Of a DNA stretch of 64,000 nt, positions 17,896 through 28,872 are shown piece after piece. Under the pieces are notes generated by a model. The model saw nothing but the letters and a program-made list of their open reading frames with translations, was not told where the DNA came from and searched no databases. A program made the translations under genes and the position numbers. The DNA is from Terrimicrobiaceae bacterium (GTDB lineage: Bacteria; Verrucomicrobiota; Verrucomicrobiia; Chthoniobacterales; Terrimicrobiaceae), in assembly GCA_044342325.1 (NCBI GenBank), contig JBIIPZ010000004.1:36418-100417 (forward strand). The letters are read 5' to 3'. The stretch's first letter is position 1. The number at the start of each line of letters is the position of its first letter.

Positions 17896-20783
17896 GATTT
17901 GAGATATTTTGCGAGGTAGCGGGCGGTTTCGCTTTCTTTGACACGGGCGACTTGCTCGGGCGGGCCTTCCGCAACGATGCGGCCACCGCCGGAACCTCCA
18001 TTGGGGCCGAGGTCGATGATCCAGTCCGCGCATTTGATGACTTCGAGGTTGTGTTCGATGACGATGAGTGTGTTCCTGGCGTTGCGAAGTTTCATAAGAA
18101 CCTCGAGGAGTTTGTGAATGTCGGCAAAATGCAGGCCGGTCGTTGGCTCATCCAGAAGGTAGATCGTGCGACCAGTGGCACGCTTGGAGAGTTCGGCGGA
18201 AAGTTTGAGGCGCTGGGCCTCGCCACCGGAAAGCGTGGTGGCGGATTGGCCGAGGCGCAAATACCCGAGGCCCACATCTTGCATGGTTTCCAGCTTCGCA
18301 CACAGCGCGGGGACATGGCGGAAGAAGCGCGAGGCGTCATCCACTGTCATCTCCAGCACATCGGCGATATTTTTCCCCTTGTAGGTCACCTCCAGGGTCT
18401 CGCGGTTGTAGCGGCGACCGTGGCAGACTTCGCACTCCACATAGACATCGGCGAGAAAGTGCATTTCGATCCGGATGAATCCATCGCCTTGGCAGTGTTC
18501 GCAGCGGCCTCCTTTGTTATTAAATGAGAAACGCCCCGAGTCGTAGCCGCGCACTCGGGATGCTGGGAGTTCGCTAAAGAGGTCGCGGATGGGACCGAGT
18601 GCGCCGGTGTAGGTTGCCGGGTTCGAGCGGGGCGTGCGTCCGACGGGGCTTTGGTCGATGACCACGACCTTGTCGAATTGCTCGATGCCGGTGATCGATC
18701 GGTGTGCTCCAGGCCTTGCTTTTGCGCGGTGGAGGTCCCGCTCGAGGGCAATGCGGAGGATGTCATTGACGAGGGTGGATTTTCCGCTGCCAGAGACGCC
18801 GGTGACGCAAGTGAGGCAGCCCACGGGGAATGCGGCATTGATATTTTTGAGATTGTTTTCCGTCGCGCCTTGAACGCGGAGCCAGCCATCGCCGATCTCA
18901 CCTTCGGCTGCTCCGGTCTTGCGTGGAGCGGTGCGCAGTTTTGGGATGGGAATGCGCACTGTGCCTTTGAGGTATTGGGCGGTGAGGGATTGTTCGCTTT
19001 GGAGGATGTCGTCGAGGGTGCCTTGGGCAACGAGTTGACCTCCTCGTGGGCCTGCTCCAGGGCCGATGTCGAGGATGTGGTCGGCCGCGCGGATCGTGTC
19101 TTCGTCATGTTCCACCACGATGACGGAATTCCCGAGGTCGCGAAGGTTGCGGAGGGTTTGGATAAGGCGGTCATTGTCGCGCTGGTGGAGTCCGATGCTT
19201 GGCTCGTCGAGGACATAGAGGACGCCGGAAAGCCCGGATCCAATTTGCGTGGCGAGACGGATGCGCTGGGCCTCGCCGCCGGAAAGCGAGCCGCTCTCGC
19301 GGTTGAGTTGCAGGTAATCGAGGCCGACTTCGTTGAGAAAATGCAGCCTCTGCCGGACCTCGCGAAGAACATCCTTCACGATGCCCGCATCAGTCTCCGA
19401 GAGTTGGAGGTCAGCCATGACATCCGCCGCCTCGCGAATCGTGAGCCCGCAAACCGCTTGAATGCCGAACTCCGCGCCTGACTTTGTTGCCACGGTCACA
19501 GCGAGGATTTCCGGGCGGAGGCGGGCGCCCGCGCAGACGCGGCACACGCGCTTCCCCTGAAGCATCCGCAGGCGCTTGCGGGAGAACTCGCTTTTGGTGG
19601 TTTCGTAGAGATTTTCGAGCTGGGCGAGGACGCCCTCGAACGGCTTGGTCGAAGTGCGGTTGGCGCCAATCGCGATCGAGATGTTTCGTTTTGCCGAGCC
19701 GTGGAGGACTAGGTTGCGGAAATTTTCTGGCAAATCTCGCCACGCTTTTTCCACGGGAGCGGGCGTGTCGGCAAGGAGGCCATTGAGGAGAGATGCGTAG
19801 TAGGCCTTCATGCGCTTGTTGGCTTGCTTCCAAGGCCGAACCGCTCCCTGTGCGATCGTCTTCTCGGCATCAATCACAAGATCGGGATCGAAAAAACTCT
19901 CTGTGCCGATGCCTTGGCATGCGGGGCAGGCGCCGAGGTGGCTGTTGAAGGAAAAATGCTTCGGCGTGAGTCGAGGCATGGTGAAGCCCGTCGATGGATT
20001 GCAAAAATCGGTGGAGAATTTTTCTTCGATCCACTGTGCCGCTCCAGGCTCTTGGCGGCTTGTGGAGAGGTGTCCACCGCCCAATCGCAAGGAAGTCTCC
20101 ACCGAGTCAGCGAGACGCTGGCCGAGGTCGGGACGCACGCTCAGGCGGTCCACTACGGCCTCGATAAAGTGAGCTTTTGCTTTATCGAGACGGATGTTTT
20201 TTGTGTCCGCAAGTTCGATGACTTCGCCATCGACGCGAAGCCGGACAAAGCCCTCGCGGCGGGCTTTTTCAATGACATCGCGAAACTCGCCGGTCTGGCC
20301 AGTGACCAGTGGCGCGAGGACGAGAAACTTTGAGCCCTCGGGCCAGCGCAGGATGGCATCCGCGATTTCCTGCGGCGTCTGGCGGGCGACGCGCTGGCCG
20401 GTTTTCGGATCGTGGGGAATGCCGACTGCCGCGTAGAGAAGGCGGAGGTAGTCATAAATTTCGGTTGTCGTCGCGATGGTCGAGCGGGGATTGGCCGCCG
20501 AGATGCGCTGCTCAATCGCGATGGCCGGGGAGAGGCCTTCGATGTAGTCCACATCAGGCTTTTGCATCTGATCCAGAAACTGTCGCGCGTAGGCCGAGAG
20601 ACTTTCGACATACTTGCGCTGCCCTTCCGCGAACAGGGTGTCGAAGGCAAGCGAGGATTTGCCCGAGCCGCTCATGCCGGTCACCACCACGAGCTGGTGG
20701 CGTGGAATTTCGACATCAAGGTTCCGCAGGTTGTGCTGGCGGGCGCCTTTGATGCGAATCACGGAATGTTTCTCGTTGGCCAT
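17892..20783 (-). CDS. uvrA: Excinuclease ABC subunit A
   Basis: GARQHNL, two GxSGSGKS P-loops, two LSGGEAQR, Zn fingers; start ATG 20783. Confidence 0.97.
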   Translation of the reverse strand: MANEKHSVIRIKGARQHNLRNLDVEIPRHQLVVVTGMSGSGKSSLAFDTLFAEGQRKYVESLSAYARQFLDQMQKPDVDYIEGLSPAIAIEQRISAANPRSTIATTTEIYDYLRLLYAAVGIPHDPKTGQRVARQTPQEIADAILRWPEGSKFLVLAPLVTGQTGEFRDVIEKARREGFVRLRVDGEVIELADTKNIRLDKAKAHFIEAVVDRLSVRPDLGQRLADSVETSLRLGGGHLSTSRQEPGAAQWIEEKFSTDFCNPSTGFTMPRLTPKHFSFNSHLGACPACQGIGTESFFDPDLVIDAEKTIAQGAVRPWKQANKRMKAYYASLLNGLLADTPAPVEKAWRDLPENFRNLVLHGSAKRNISIAIGANRTSTKPFEGVLAQLENLYETTKSEFSRKRLRMLQGKRVCRVCAGARLRPEILAVTVATKSGAEFGIQAVCGLTIREAADVMADLQLSETDAGIVKDVLREVRQRLHFLNEVGLDYLQLNRESGSLSGGEAQRIRLATQIGSGLSGVLYVLDEPSIGLHQRDNDRLIQTLRNLRDLGNSVIVVEHDEDTIRAADHILDIGPGAGPRGGQLVAQGTLDDILQSEQSLTAQYLKGTVRIPIPKLRTAPRKTGAAEGEIGDGWLRVQGATENNLKNINAAFPVGCLTCVTGVSGSGKSTLVNDILRIALERDLHRAKARPGAHRSITGIEQFDKVVVIDQSPVGRTPRSNPATYTGALGPIRDLFSELPASRVRGYDSGRFSFNNKGGRCEHCQGDGFIRIEMHFLADVYVECEVCHGRRYNRETLEVTYKGKNIADVLEMTVDDASRFFRHVPALCAKLETMQDVGLGYLRLGQSATTLSGGEAQRLKLSAELSKRATGRTIYLLDEPTTGLHFADIHKLLEVLMKLRNARNTLIVIEHNLEVIKCADWIIDLGPNGGSGGGRIVAEGPPEQVARVKESETARYLAKYLKS

Positions 20784-20889
20784 AGGGCGTTCGGTAGTTT
20801 GGAACAGACTGCGCGTGAATCCAAACGCAAATCCCTCGCCTCTTTGAAAATGCCTTGCGAACCGGAGCGGGAGTCTTAGCTTTTCGGAC

Positions 20890-21633
20890 ATGTCCCCCGC
20901 ATTGGCAGAATTCATTGGAACCACCTTGTTGATTGTCCTCGGAAACGGCGTTGTGGCCACCGTCGTTCTCAACAACAGCAAGGGTCAGGGCGGTGGATGG
21001 ATCGTTATAACAGCTGGTTGGGCGATGGCCGTTTTTGTAGCTGTCTTTGCTGTTGGCCGGGTGAGCGGCGGACACTTGAATCCCGCTGTGTCCGTGGCCA
21101 TGGCGCTTTCGAATCATTTCCCTTGGGAGAGTGTGCCCTCCTACATTCTGGCGCAGATGCTCGGTGCGATGACTGGTGCGGCTATAGTATGGGTCGCATT
21201 TTTTCCGCACTGGAAAATCACGGATGACGCCGAGGCAAAGCGGGCGGCCTTTTGCACGGCCCCAGCGATTCGCTCCATTCCATCGAATCTGGCTTGTGAG
21301 ATTATCGGAACTTTCGTCCTGATCTTCGGTGTCTTTTGCATGAAGGGTGCGAGCGGCGAGCCGCCGGGTATCGGTGTTTTTCCGATCGATCTGGGAGCGC
21401 TTGGAGCTTTGCCTGTCGGGCTTCTGGTATGGTCCATCGGCCTCTCGTTGGGTGGGCCCACTGGATATGCCATCAATCCCGCGCGGGATCTCGGGCCTCG
21501 CCTCATGCATGCCATTTTGCCGATTTCCGGAAAAACGGGAAGCGATTGGTCGTATTCTTGGATTCCGGTGGCAGGCCCCTTGATCGGAGCTGTTCTTGCA
21601 GTATTGCTTCACAAGGCGCTCGGGCCCTTTTGA
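20890..21633 (+). CDS. glpF: Glycerol uptake facilitator (MIP family)
   Basis: [10 protein letters not shown] and AINPARD. Confidence 0.93.
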   Translation: MSPALAEFIGTTLLIVLGNGVVATVVLNNSKGQGGGWIVITAGWAMAVFVAVFAVGRVSGGHLNPAVSVAMALSNHFPWESVPSYILAQMLGAMTGAAIVWVAFFPHWKITDDAEAKRAAFCTAPAIRSIPSNLACEIIGTFVLIFGVFCMKGASGEPPGIGVFPIDLGALGALPVGLLVWSIGLSLGGPTGYAINPARDLGPRLMHAILPISGKTGSDWSYSWIPVAGPLIGAVLAVLLHKALGPF

Positions 21634-21637
21634 TTTT

Positions 21638-23134
21638 ATGAAATACATTCTCGCCCTCGACCAGGGAACCACGAGTTCGCGGTCAATCGTCTACGACGAG
21701 TTCCTGCAACCGGTCGCGTCCGCCCAGCGTGAGTTCACCCAGTATTTTCCCCAGCCCGGTTGGGTGGAGCATGATGCCTCGGAGATTTGGGACTCTATTG
21801 TTTCGACCGCCCGGGAAGCCGTGGTAAAGGCGGGAATCAAGCCGCAGGATATCGTTGCTGCAGGCATCACAAATCAGCGCGAGACTGTGGTGGTCTGGGA
21901 CCGCGCGACTGGCGAACCGGTGCATCCGGCCATAGTGTGGCAAGATCGGCGAACGGGGGAGTTCATGGATGAATTGCGCAGGGAGGGCAAGGAGGCACCC
22001 GTCCAGCAGCGCACGGGGCTTCTCCTCGATCCCTATTTTTCGGCGAGTAAAATCCAATGGATTCTGAGCAAGATTCCAAACGGTCACACACGCGCTCTTC
22101 TCGGCGAGTTGGCTGTCGGAACCATCGATAGCTGGCTCATCTATAAGCTCAGTGGTGGCAAATCCCATATCACGGATGTGAGCAACGCCTCGCGCACGAT
22201 GCTCATGAACATTCGCCTCGGTTGTTGGGATTCCGAGCTATTGGCCCTTTTTGGAATTCCCGAAGCGGTTCTGCCCAAAATTGTCTCCAGTAGCGGCAGG
22301 TTGGCTGAGATCGATGCCTCGTTTTTGGGGCATTCGGTGCCGATTTGCAGCGCGATTGGCGACCAGCAGAGCGCGCTCTTCGGGCAACTTTGCACCAAAC
22401 CAGGAATGGTGAAGTGCACCTATGGCACGGGATGCTTTTTATTGGTTTTTACTGGAACGGAGGCCATCGCGAGTTCGAATCGCCTTCTCACAACGGTGGC
22501 GTGGAGGATTGGTGATGGTCGCATGGAATACGCACTTGAGGGCAGCGTGTTCATGGGCGGAGCCTCGATCCAATGGCTTCGCGATGGACTGGGAATCATC
22601 CGCTCCGCCCCCGAGGTCAATGAACTTGCCTCGCGCGTGCCGGACAGCGGCGGTGTCGTGCTTGTTCCCGCTTTCACTGGACTTGGAGCGCCGTATTGGG
22701 ATTCTTCGGCGAGGGGCGCACTGCTTGGCATGACGCGTGGAACGACTGCCGCGCACATAGCCCGCGCTACGCTCGACGGCATCGCCTTTCAGGTGGCTGA
22801 CCTCGTAGCCGCCATGGGAAAAGACTCCGCAAAAAAAATCACAACCCTCCGGGTGGATGGCGGCGCCTGTGCCAGCGACCTGCTCATGCAAACGCAGGCT
22901 GATATTCTTGGAGTCGCAGTCGAGCGTCCATCGAACATCGAAAGCACGGCCCTCGGTGCCGCGATGCTGGCGGGCCTCGGCGCTGGCATTTGGCCTGATA
23001 TCGACGCCCTCTCTGCAATCCGAAATACGGAGCGCCTTTTCGAGGCTCAAACCCGGCCTCGTGACCGCAAAGCCAAACTGAAAACCTGGAAGCGTGCTGT
23101 GAAGCGCGCTCAAAAATGGGAGACAAAGTCATGA
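21638..23134 (+). CDS. glpK: Glycerol kinase
   Basis: [30 protein letters not shown]. Confidence 0.96.
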   Translation: MKYILALDQGTTSSRSIVYDEFLQPVASAQREFTQYFPQPGWVEHDASEIWDSIVSTAREAVVKAGIKPQDIVAAGITNQRETVVVWDRATGEPVHPAIVWQDRRTGEFMDELRREGKEAPVQQRTGLLLDPYFSASKIQWILSKIPNGHTRALLGELAVGTIDSWLIYKLSGGKSHITDVSNASRTMLMNIRLGCWDSELLALFGIPEAVLPKIVSSSGRLAEIDASFLGHSVPICSAIGDQQSALFGQLCTKPGMVKCTYGTGCFLLVFTGTEAIASSNRLLTTVAWRIGDGRMEYALEGSVFMGGASIQWLRDGLGIIRSAPEVNELASRVPDSGGVVLVPAFTGLGAPYWDSSARGALLGMTRGTTAAHIARATLDGIAFQVADLVAAMGKDSAKKITTLRVDGGACASDLLMQTQADILGVAVERPSNIESTALGAAMLAGLGAGIWPDIDALSAIRNTERLFEAQTRPRDRKAKLKTWKRAVKRAQKWETKS

Positions 23135-24705
23135 ACCGAAAAAAACTACTGCAGCAAGTCGAACAAGCTCCCGAGTGGGATGTGGCCATTATTGGCGGTG
23201 GGGCTACTGGCCTGGGAGTGGCGGTGGATGCCGCCACGCGCGGCTTCCGCACAATCCTTCTCGAGGCCTCTGATTTTGCGAAAGGCACATCCAGCCGCAG
23301 CACCAAGCTCGTGCATGGCGGGGTTCGTTATCTCGAGCAGGGTGACATCCCGCTCGTCCTGGAGGCCCTGCGCGAACGCGGACTCATGCACCGCAACGCG
23401 CCGCATCTCGTGCACCATCTCTCTTTCATCGTGCCGCGCTACCAGTGGTGGGAGGGACCATTTTTCGGCATCGGACTCAAAGTTTATGATGCCCTAGCTG
23501 GCAAGCTGAACCTTGCGCCGTCGCATTTGCTCTCGCGCGAGGAAACGATGGCACGGATTCCAAATATCGAGGCGGAGCACTTGCTTGGAGGCGTGGAGTA
23601 TTTTGACGGGCAGTTCGACGATGCCCGACTAGCGATCACTCTGGCGCAAACGGCAGTTCATCACGGGGCCTGTGCGCTCAATCACGCGCGTGTAACCGGC
23701 CTCGTAAAAACAGACGGCCTCGTGAGCGGTGTTCATTTCACGGATGTCGAAACTGGCCGCGACTATCAGGTCAAGGCCCGTGTGGTGGTGAATGCCACTG
23801 GCATTTTCAGCGACGAGATTCGTCTCATGGACGACGCCAAGGCTCAACGCGCCGTGCAGCCCAGCCAAGGTGTGCATTTGGTTTTTGACCGCTCTTTTTT
23901 ACAGGGTGATTCAGCAGTCATGGTTCCCCACACGGACGATGGACGTGTTCTCTTTGTGATCCCGTGGCATGGCAAGGTGCTGGTTGGAACCACCGATACG
24001 CCGATGGATCATGCCGATCTGGAGCCACGTGCCTTGAAGGAGGAGATTGGTTTTATTCTGCGCAATGCCGCGCGGTATTTGGCCCGCGATCCAGAGGAAA
24101 AAGACATTCTTGCTGTGTTTGCAGGTCAGCGTCCGCTAGTTCGCCCACCTGGCAAGGATGGCACGGCGACGAAAGCGATTTCGAGGAATCACGAGGTTCT
24201 TGTTTCGAATGGCGGTTTGGTCACGATTGTCGGAGGAAAGTGGACGACTTACCGGCAAATGGCGGAGGACACGCTCGATAAAGCCATCACTCTCGCGGGT
24301 CTTGAAGATCGTCCATGCGTCACTGAAAATCTGCAACTGCACGGTTGGCGTAGTCCCAATGCGGAAGCTCTGCCGGATTGGCTTGCCGTTTATGGCAGTG
24401 AAGCAGTCGATGTGCTCACGCTTGTGCAGGAGGATGCCTCATTGGGAGAACTTCTGCACCCCCGCCTGCCTTACCAGATGGCGTCTGTCGTCCAAGCCGC
24501 CCGGCAAGAGCAGGCGCGCACGGTGGAGGATGTGCTTTCCCGCCGCACACGGGCGCTTCTTTTGGATGCCCGCGCTGCCATCGAGTCAGCTCCGAAGGTC
24601 GCCGTCTTGCTGGCCAAAGAACTTGGCCGCGACAAGGCTTGGGCGGAGGCTCAAGTGGCCGATTTCACCGAATTGGCCCAAGGCTACTTGCAGCCGGAAT
24701 CTTGA
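23131..24705 (+). CDS. glpD: FAD-dependent glycerol-3-phosphate dehydrogenase
   Basis: [33 protein letters not shown]. Confidence 0.95.
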   Translation: MNRKKLLQQVEQAPEWDVAIIGGGATGLGVAVDAATRGFRTILLEASDFAKGTSSRSTKLVHGGVRYLEQGDIPLVLEALRERGLMHRNAPHLVHHLSFIVPRYQWWEGPFFGIGLKVYDALAGKLNLAPSHLLSREETMARIPNIEAEHLLGGVEYFDGQFDDARLAITLAQTAVHHGACALNHARVTGLVKTDGLVSGVHFTDVETGRDYQVKARVVVNATGIFSDEIRLMDDAKAQRAVQPSQGVHLVFDRSFLQGDSAVMVPHTDDGRVLFVIPWHGKVLVGTTDTPMDHADLEPRALKEEIGFILRNAARYLARDPEEKDILAVFAGQRPLVRPPGKDGTATKAISRNHEVLVSNGGLVTIVGGKWTTYRQMAEDTLDKAITLAGLEDRPCVTENLQLHGWRSPNAEALPDWLAVYGSEAVDVLTLVQEDASLGELLHPRLPYQMASVVQAARQEQARTVEDVLSRRTRALLLDARAAIESAPKVAVLLAKELGRDKAWAEAQVADFTELAQGYLQPES

Positions 24706-24710
24706 GGGTC

Positions 24711-25304
24711 TCAGTCGCTGAAGCCAGCGCGCACCTCGTTCACGCCATCCAGCGACAGCATTTTTGCAATCAAGACCGATGCTGTGCCGGAGTTGATCTT
24801 GGGGGGGAAACTCACGGTTGCCGTTCCGTTGTGAAATGTGACGGTTTGGTTGGCTGGGGCGGCGGCTAATTTTAAAAACGAACGAAGCTTGCCGAGAACG
24901 ATGGCTTCTTCGAAGAGCGAAGGTGCGGCGGTTTCGGCTGTGGATTTGCGAACCCGGATGCTTTTGCCATCAATGTCTGTGACTGCAAAGGATGAGCGCA
25001 AACGCTCACTGACCTGCAACGAAAGTGGCTTGGACTGCGTTGGCGGAACGGGACCTGGTTGTTTCCGATCCTGCCGAGAAGGCAAAACCTTCGGCTTGGG
25101 TGCGGGCGCAACCGTCGAGCGCAATAGTGAGTCCTGAGCTTCGACTCTTGTGACCGTAACCCCAGACGGCGTCTGAGATCCCTTTTTCGTTTGGCAGGCA
25201 CTCAAAAGCCCAAAGCAAACCAGAGTCCGGGCTGCTAAAGGCCCGGCTTTTCTCAACCATTGAAACGCAGGTGATGGTGACCGCTTGAAACGGTAGGCTC
25301 TCAT
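24711..25304 (-). CDS. Putative lipoprotein with C-terminal BON-like domain
   Basis: Lipobox LLSAC, Pro-rich linker, C-terminal LSLDGVNEV; start uncertain. Confidence 0.45.
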   Translation of the reverse strand: MRAYRFKRSPSPAFQWLRKAGPLAARTLVCFGLLSACQTKKGSQTPSGVTVTRVEAQDSLLRSTVAPAPKPKVLPSRQDRKQPGPVPPTQSKPLSLQVSERLRSSFAVTDIDGKSIRVRKSTAETAAPSLFEEAIVLGKLRSFLKLAAAPANQTVTFHNGTATVSFPPKINSGTASVLIAKMLSLDGVNEVRAGFSD

Positions 25305-25386
25305 GCGAACAGGAGGCGGGATTTTTGTAAACCCGCAGGCAACTCGTGGGAATGGAAGGTCCGCCGCGCGAGGCGGCGGAGCCATT

Positions 25387-25491
25387 CTACGACTTGTAGC
25401 GTAAACGCTTTTTGTGGCGGTTTTCTTTCATCCGCTTGCGGCGTTTGTGTTTTGCGATTTTTGACTTTCTCTTCTTTTTAATGGAACCCAT
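25387..25491 (-). CDS. 30S ribosomal protein bS22-like (AURKAIP1/COX24 family) small basic protein, 34 aa
   Basis: Below the ORF-track cutoff. Hand translation: MGSIKKKRKSKIAKHKRRKRMKENRHKKRLRYKS*; a GC hairpin follows at 25360-25380. Confidence 0.85.
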   Translation of the reverse strand: MGSIKKKRKSKIAKHKRRKRMKENRHKKRLRYKS

Positions 25492-25526
25492 GGGATTTCG
25501 GGACTGCGTTGTAAACTAATCTTGAA

Positions 25527-26405
25527 CTAATATACGACTTTGTTGAGTGGATACTCGATGATCCCTTCAGCGCCGAGATTTTTCAGGCTGGGAATGATCT
25601 CGCGCACGATTTTCTCTTCGATCACCGTTTCGATGGCGACCCATCCGGGTTGGGCCAAAGGCGAAACGGTAGGATTCCGTAATGCGGGCAATGCCTCAAG
25701 CAATTTTTTCAAGCCGGACTCGGGAAGGTTCATTTTCAAGCCCACAAGATCTCTCGCGGCAAGGGCGCCTTTGAGGAGAAGCGCGAGGTGGCGAATCTTT
25801 TCCTGCTTCCATTCATTCGTCCATGCAGAGCTGTTCGCAAAGAGCGCGGGATAGGATTCCATGAGAGTGTCCACGATGCGGAGTTTGTTCGCGCGGAGCG
25901 AAGATCCGGTCTCTGTGATGTCCACAATGGCATCGACGAGATCGGGCACTTTAACTTCAGTGGCACCCCACGAAAATTCGACTTCAGCCTTCACTCCGGC
26001 GCGTTCGAAGAAGCGGCGGGTTATACCGACTGCTTCGGTCGCGACGCGCTTTCCATCAAGGTCGCGTGTTGTTTTGATCGGTGAATCCTCGGGCACGACG
26101 AGCACCCAGCGGGTCGGATTTGCGGTGGCCTTGCTGTAGGGAAGTTTGACGACCTCTTCGACCTCCGAGCCATTTTCTTCGACCCAGTCATGTCCCGTGA
26201 TGCCGCAGTCCAGATACCCGTGCTCGATGTAGCGGCTGATTTCCTGAGCGCGGAGAAGGCGGATGCGAAGCTCTGGGTCATCTACCGAAGGACGGTAGGA
26301 GCGGCTGGAACCGGAAATCGCGTAGCCTGCTTTTGCAAAGAGCGCGATCGTCGGTTCCATGAGGCTGCCTGAGGGGAGGCCGACTGTGAGAATTTTTTGT
26401 TCCAT
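25527..26405 (-). CDS. hisG: ATP phosphoribosyltransferase (long form)
   Basis: LPSGSL, RAQEI, GITGHDW, GATE, DITETGSSL, PTVSPL. Confidence 0.95.
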   Translation of the reverse strand: MEQKILTVGLPSGSLMEPTIALFAKAGYAISGSSRSYRPSVDDPELRIRLLRAQEISRYIEHGYLDCGITGHDWVEENGSEVEEVVKLPYSKATANPTRWVLVVPEDSPIKTTRDLDGKRVATEAVGITRRFFERAGVKAEVEFSWGATEVKVPDLVDAIVDITETGSSLRANKLRIVDTLMESYPALFANSSAWTNEWKQEKIRHLALLLKGALAARDLVGLKMNLPESGLKKLLEALPALRNPTVSPLAQPGWVAIETVIEEKIVREIIPSLKNLGAEGIIEYPLNKVVY

Positions 26406-26465
26406 GAGAAATAATGAGTCTAAAGTTTGCGACGGAATGCTGAAAAGCTCGGTTTTGCCAGCTGG

Positions 26466-27278
26466 TCAGATCGTTTGGGAGAGGAAGCCGCCATCGATGC
26501 GGATGTCCGTTCCGGTAATGAACGAACTGGCATTTGGGCTCGCGAGGAAAATAACGGCGCCGGAGAGTTCCTCGGCTTCGCCAAATCGAGCCATGGGCGT
26601 GTGGCCGAGAATCGCTGCGGCTCGCGGAGTCGTCGAGCCATCGGGATTGAAGAGGAGGCGGAGATTTTGTTCAGCTGGAAAGAATCCGGGAGTAATGGAA
26701 TTCACGCGCACGCCTGCGGTCGCCCACTCGCGAGCGAGGAAATTCGTGAGATTCAGAACGGCGGCCTTGGCTGCCGAGTAGGCCACCACGCGGGAGAGAG
26801 GAATGTGTGCGGAGGCGCTGGCGACATTGATGATGCTGCCTCGGCCGGCATCGACCATGGCTTGGCCGATCACTTGGCATGGAAGCAACGCGCCGCCGAC
26901 GAGATTGAGATCGAAGCTCGAAGTCCAATCCTCAGCGGCGATCTGCGAGAATGGATTTTCAGGGGTCACAGTGACACGGGGGTCATTTCCACCGGCGGCA
27001 TTGACCAGAACGGATGGAACTCCGAAGCGCTCTGTTGTTGCCTTGAGAAGCTCCTCAAGGCTCTCGCGGTCGGTAGCATCGCATTCTATGAATGCCGCAC
27101 GCCCGCCGGTTTTTTGGATTTCGGCTGAACGCTGGGCACCGCGCTCCGCATTGCGTCCGGCCACCACTACGGTGGCTCCGGCGGAGGCGAGGGCGATTGC
27201 CATGCTGCCGCCAAGGACGCCTGTTGCGCCGATGACCACAGCGACTTCTTCGGAGAGATCAAAAAGGTTTGTTGCCAT
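26466..27278 (-). CDS. SDR oxidoreductase (D-mannonate / gluconate 5-dehydrogenase-like)
   Basis: GATGVLG, NAAGGN, YSAAK, PGFF, TPMARFG. Confidence 0.8.
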   Translation of the reverse strand: MATNLFDLSEEVAVVIGATGVLGGSMAIALASAGATVVVAGRNAERGAQRSAEIQKTGGRAAFIECDATDRESLEELLKATTERFGVPSVLVNAAGGNDPRVTVTPENPFSQIAAEDWTSSFDLNLVGGALLPCQVIGQAMVDAGRGSIINVASASAHIPLSRVVAYSAAKAAVLNLTNFLAREWATAGVRVNSITPGFFPAEQNLRLLFNPDGSTTPRAAAILGHTPMARFGEAEELSGAVIFLASPNASSFITGTDIRIDGGFLSQTI

Positions 27279-27367
27279 ATATCTGGCCACTAAAAACAAA
27301 GCCGCCTGCGCCCGCACGGTTTTTTTTGACTTGGAGTCGCGGATGCAGCGGTAAAAATACGCTGCTC

Positions 27368-28144
27368 ATGTTGAAAGATACGCAAAACGAACGGGACGAG
27401 CGGCGCATGCCGATCGATCGTGTGGGAGTGAAGTCTCTGCGCTACCCGCTGCAGGTGCGCGACAAGGAGCACTCTGTTCAAAGCACGGTCGCTACCATTC
27501 AGCTCACGGTCGACCTGCCGCATCATTTCAAAGGCACCCACATGAGTCGATTCATCGAGGTTCTCTCGGAACATGGTCCCGTGATCCATGTGGAAAACAT
27601 CCGCGACATCCTCGAGCAAATGTGCCGGCGGCTCGAGAGCGGTTGCGCACATCTCGAAATCGAATTTCCTTTTTTTCTCGGTAAAAAAGCACCCGTGAGC
27701 GGAGCGGTCGGCCTGATGGATTACACCGTCCGCTTCAGCGCGACCCTCGAAAACGGCGAGATGGATTTTGTTGTCACCACCATCGTGCCTGTGACCACCC
27801 TCTGCCCTTGCTCCAAGGCGATCAGTGCGGCTGGTGCGCATAACCAGCGTGGGCATGTGACACTCTCGGTTCGCTGTAAAAAGCCGATGTGGATTGAAGA
27901 TATGGTGCGTCTTGCCGAGGAGTCCGCCAGCGCCGAGCTTTTCAGCCTGCTGAAGCGTCCCGATGAAAAACATGTCACCGAACAGGCCTACGAGAATCCG
28001 GTCTTCGTCGAAGACCTGGTGAGGAATGTCGCCGTTCGTTGCGAGGCGGATCAGAATATCCTCTGGTATCGCGTGGAGGTGGAGAATTTCGAGTCGATCC
28101 ACAATCACAGCGCTTACGCGCTCATCGAGAAAAAAGGCGTCTGA
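27368..28144 (+). CDS. folE2: GTP cyclohydrolase IB
   Basis: KGTHMSRF, TTLCPCSK, AHNQR, LKRPDEK, FVED, ESIHNHSA. Confidence 0.95.
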   Translation: MLKDTQNERDERRMPIDRVGVKSLRYPLQVRDKEHSVQSTVATIQLTVDLPHHFKGTHMSRFIEVLSEHGPVIHVENIRDILEQMCRRLESGCAHLEIEFPFFLGKKAPVSGAVGLMDYTVRFSATLENGEMDFVVTTIVPVTTLCPCSKAISAAGAHNQRGHVTLSVRCKKPMWIEDMVRLAEESASAELFSLLKRPDEKHVTEQAYENPVFVEDLVRNVAVRCEADQNILWYRVEVENFESIHNHSAYALIEKKGV

Positions 28145-28147
28145 CGC

Positions 28148-28573
28148 TCAGGCTTCGTTGATTTCTTTCGTCTGGAGTTTGGCAACGAGGACTCGAAGCA
28201 AAACCACTCCAGCGAGCGCGCCGCTCATGTCTGCGATCCAATCCTCAAGGCTCAACCCTGAGCGTCCGGGGATGAATTGCTGGTTGTATTCGTCGAGCGC
28301 GCCGAGCAACCCCATTATTAGCGCTACTGCCAAGAGCAAACGGATGCCTTGCAGCTTGGCTAGAAGGTGCAGAGAGGCCGCAAGGACGGTTCCGCCGCCG
28401 AGAAAAAATACGAAGTGCAGAATTTTATCCTGCTGAGGAACGACCATTTGAGGCATCTCCGTCGGCACGCTGTTTGAGACATGATAAAGAATAGCGAGCC
28501 AGATTCCGAAAAGCGCCGTCGGCACTGCGGGGCGGTTGAGTGTGAAATCCAGAATTCGGGAAATGGTAGCCAT
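28148..28573 (-). CDS. VanZ family membrane protein
   Basis: DKILHF...DEYNQQFIPGRS...DWIAD. Confidence 0.85.
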   Translation of the reverse strand: MATISRILDFTLNRPAVPTALFGIWLAILYHVSNSVPTEMPQMVVPQQDKILHFVFFLGGGTVLAASLHLLAKLQGIRLLLAVALIMGLLGALDEYNQQFIPGRSGLSLEDWIADMSGALAGVVLLRVLVAKLQTKEINEA

Positions 28574-28763
28574 GCAAATGAGTGCGGCATTTTTACCAGT
28601 TGGAGAGCGAAGTGGAGCTTTTTCACCACCGTATTGGTTTTCAGCTTTTGCGTGCTACGGGGATTTTTTAGACAGAATTTACAGATTTTAAAAAATTTAA
28701 GGGCAGTAACTTGCTTTGAAATTGTTTCGTTTGATGCGCGAGATTTTGCGGCTGGCGAAGACT

Positions 28764-28779
28764 TGGCACAGGGGTTGCT
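28764..28779 (+). promoter_or_regulatory. Sigma54 (-24/-12) promoter
   Basis: TGGCAC-AGGGG-TTGCT with exact GG-N10-GC spacing, intergenic, with an AT-rich tract about 60-100 bp upstream. Confidence 0.85.
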
Positions 28780-28789
28780 TAATTAGGCA

Positions 28790-28872
28790 TCAAAGAACAG
28801 CCCGGCCGTAGGGAGGGTAAGCTCACAAACTTGGGGGAGGGAGTGAGCTTGGGACGGCCGGGTTGTTTTTTT
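28790..28872 (+). ncRNA. Putative sigma54-dependent small RNA (about 80 nt, family not recognised)
   Basis: Starts at the predicted +1. Outer stem 28796-28809/28854-28867, inner stem 28819-28826/28843-28850, ends in T7; no credible ORF follows. Confidence 0.7.
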
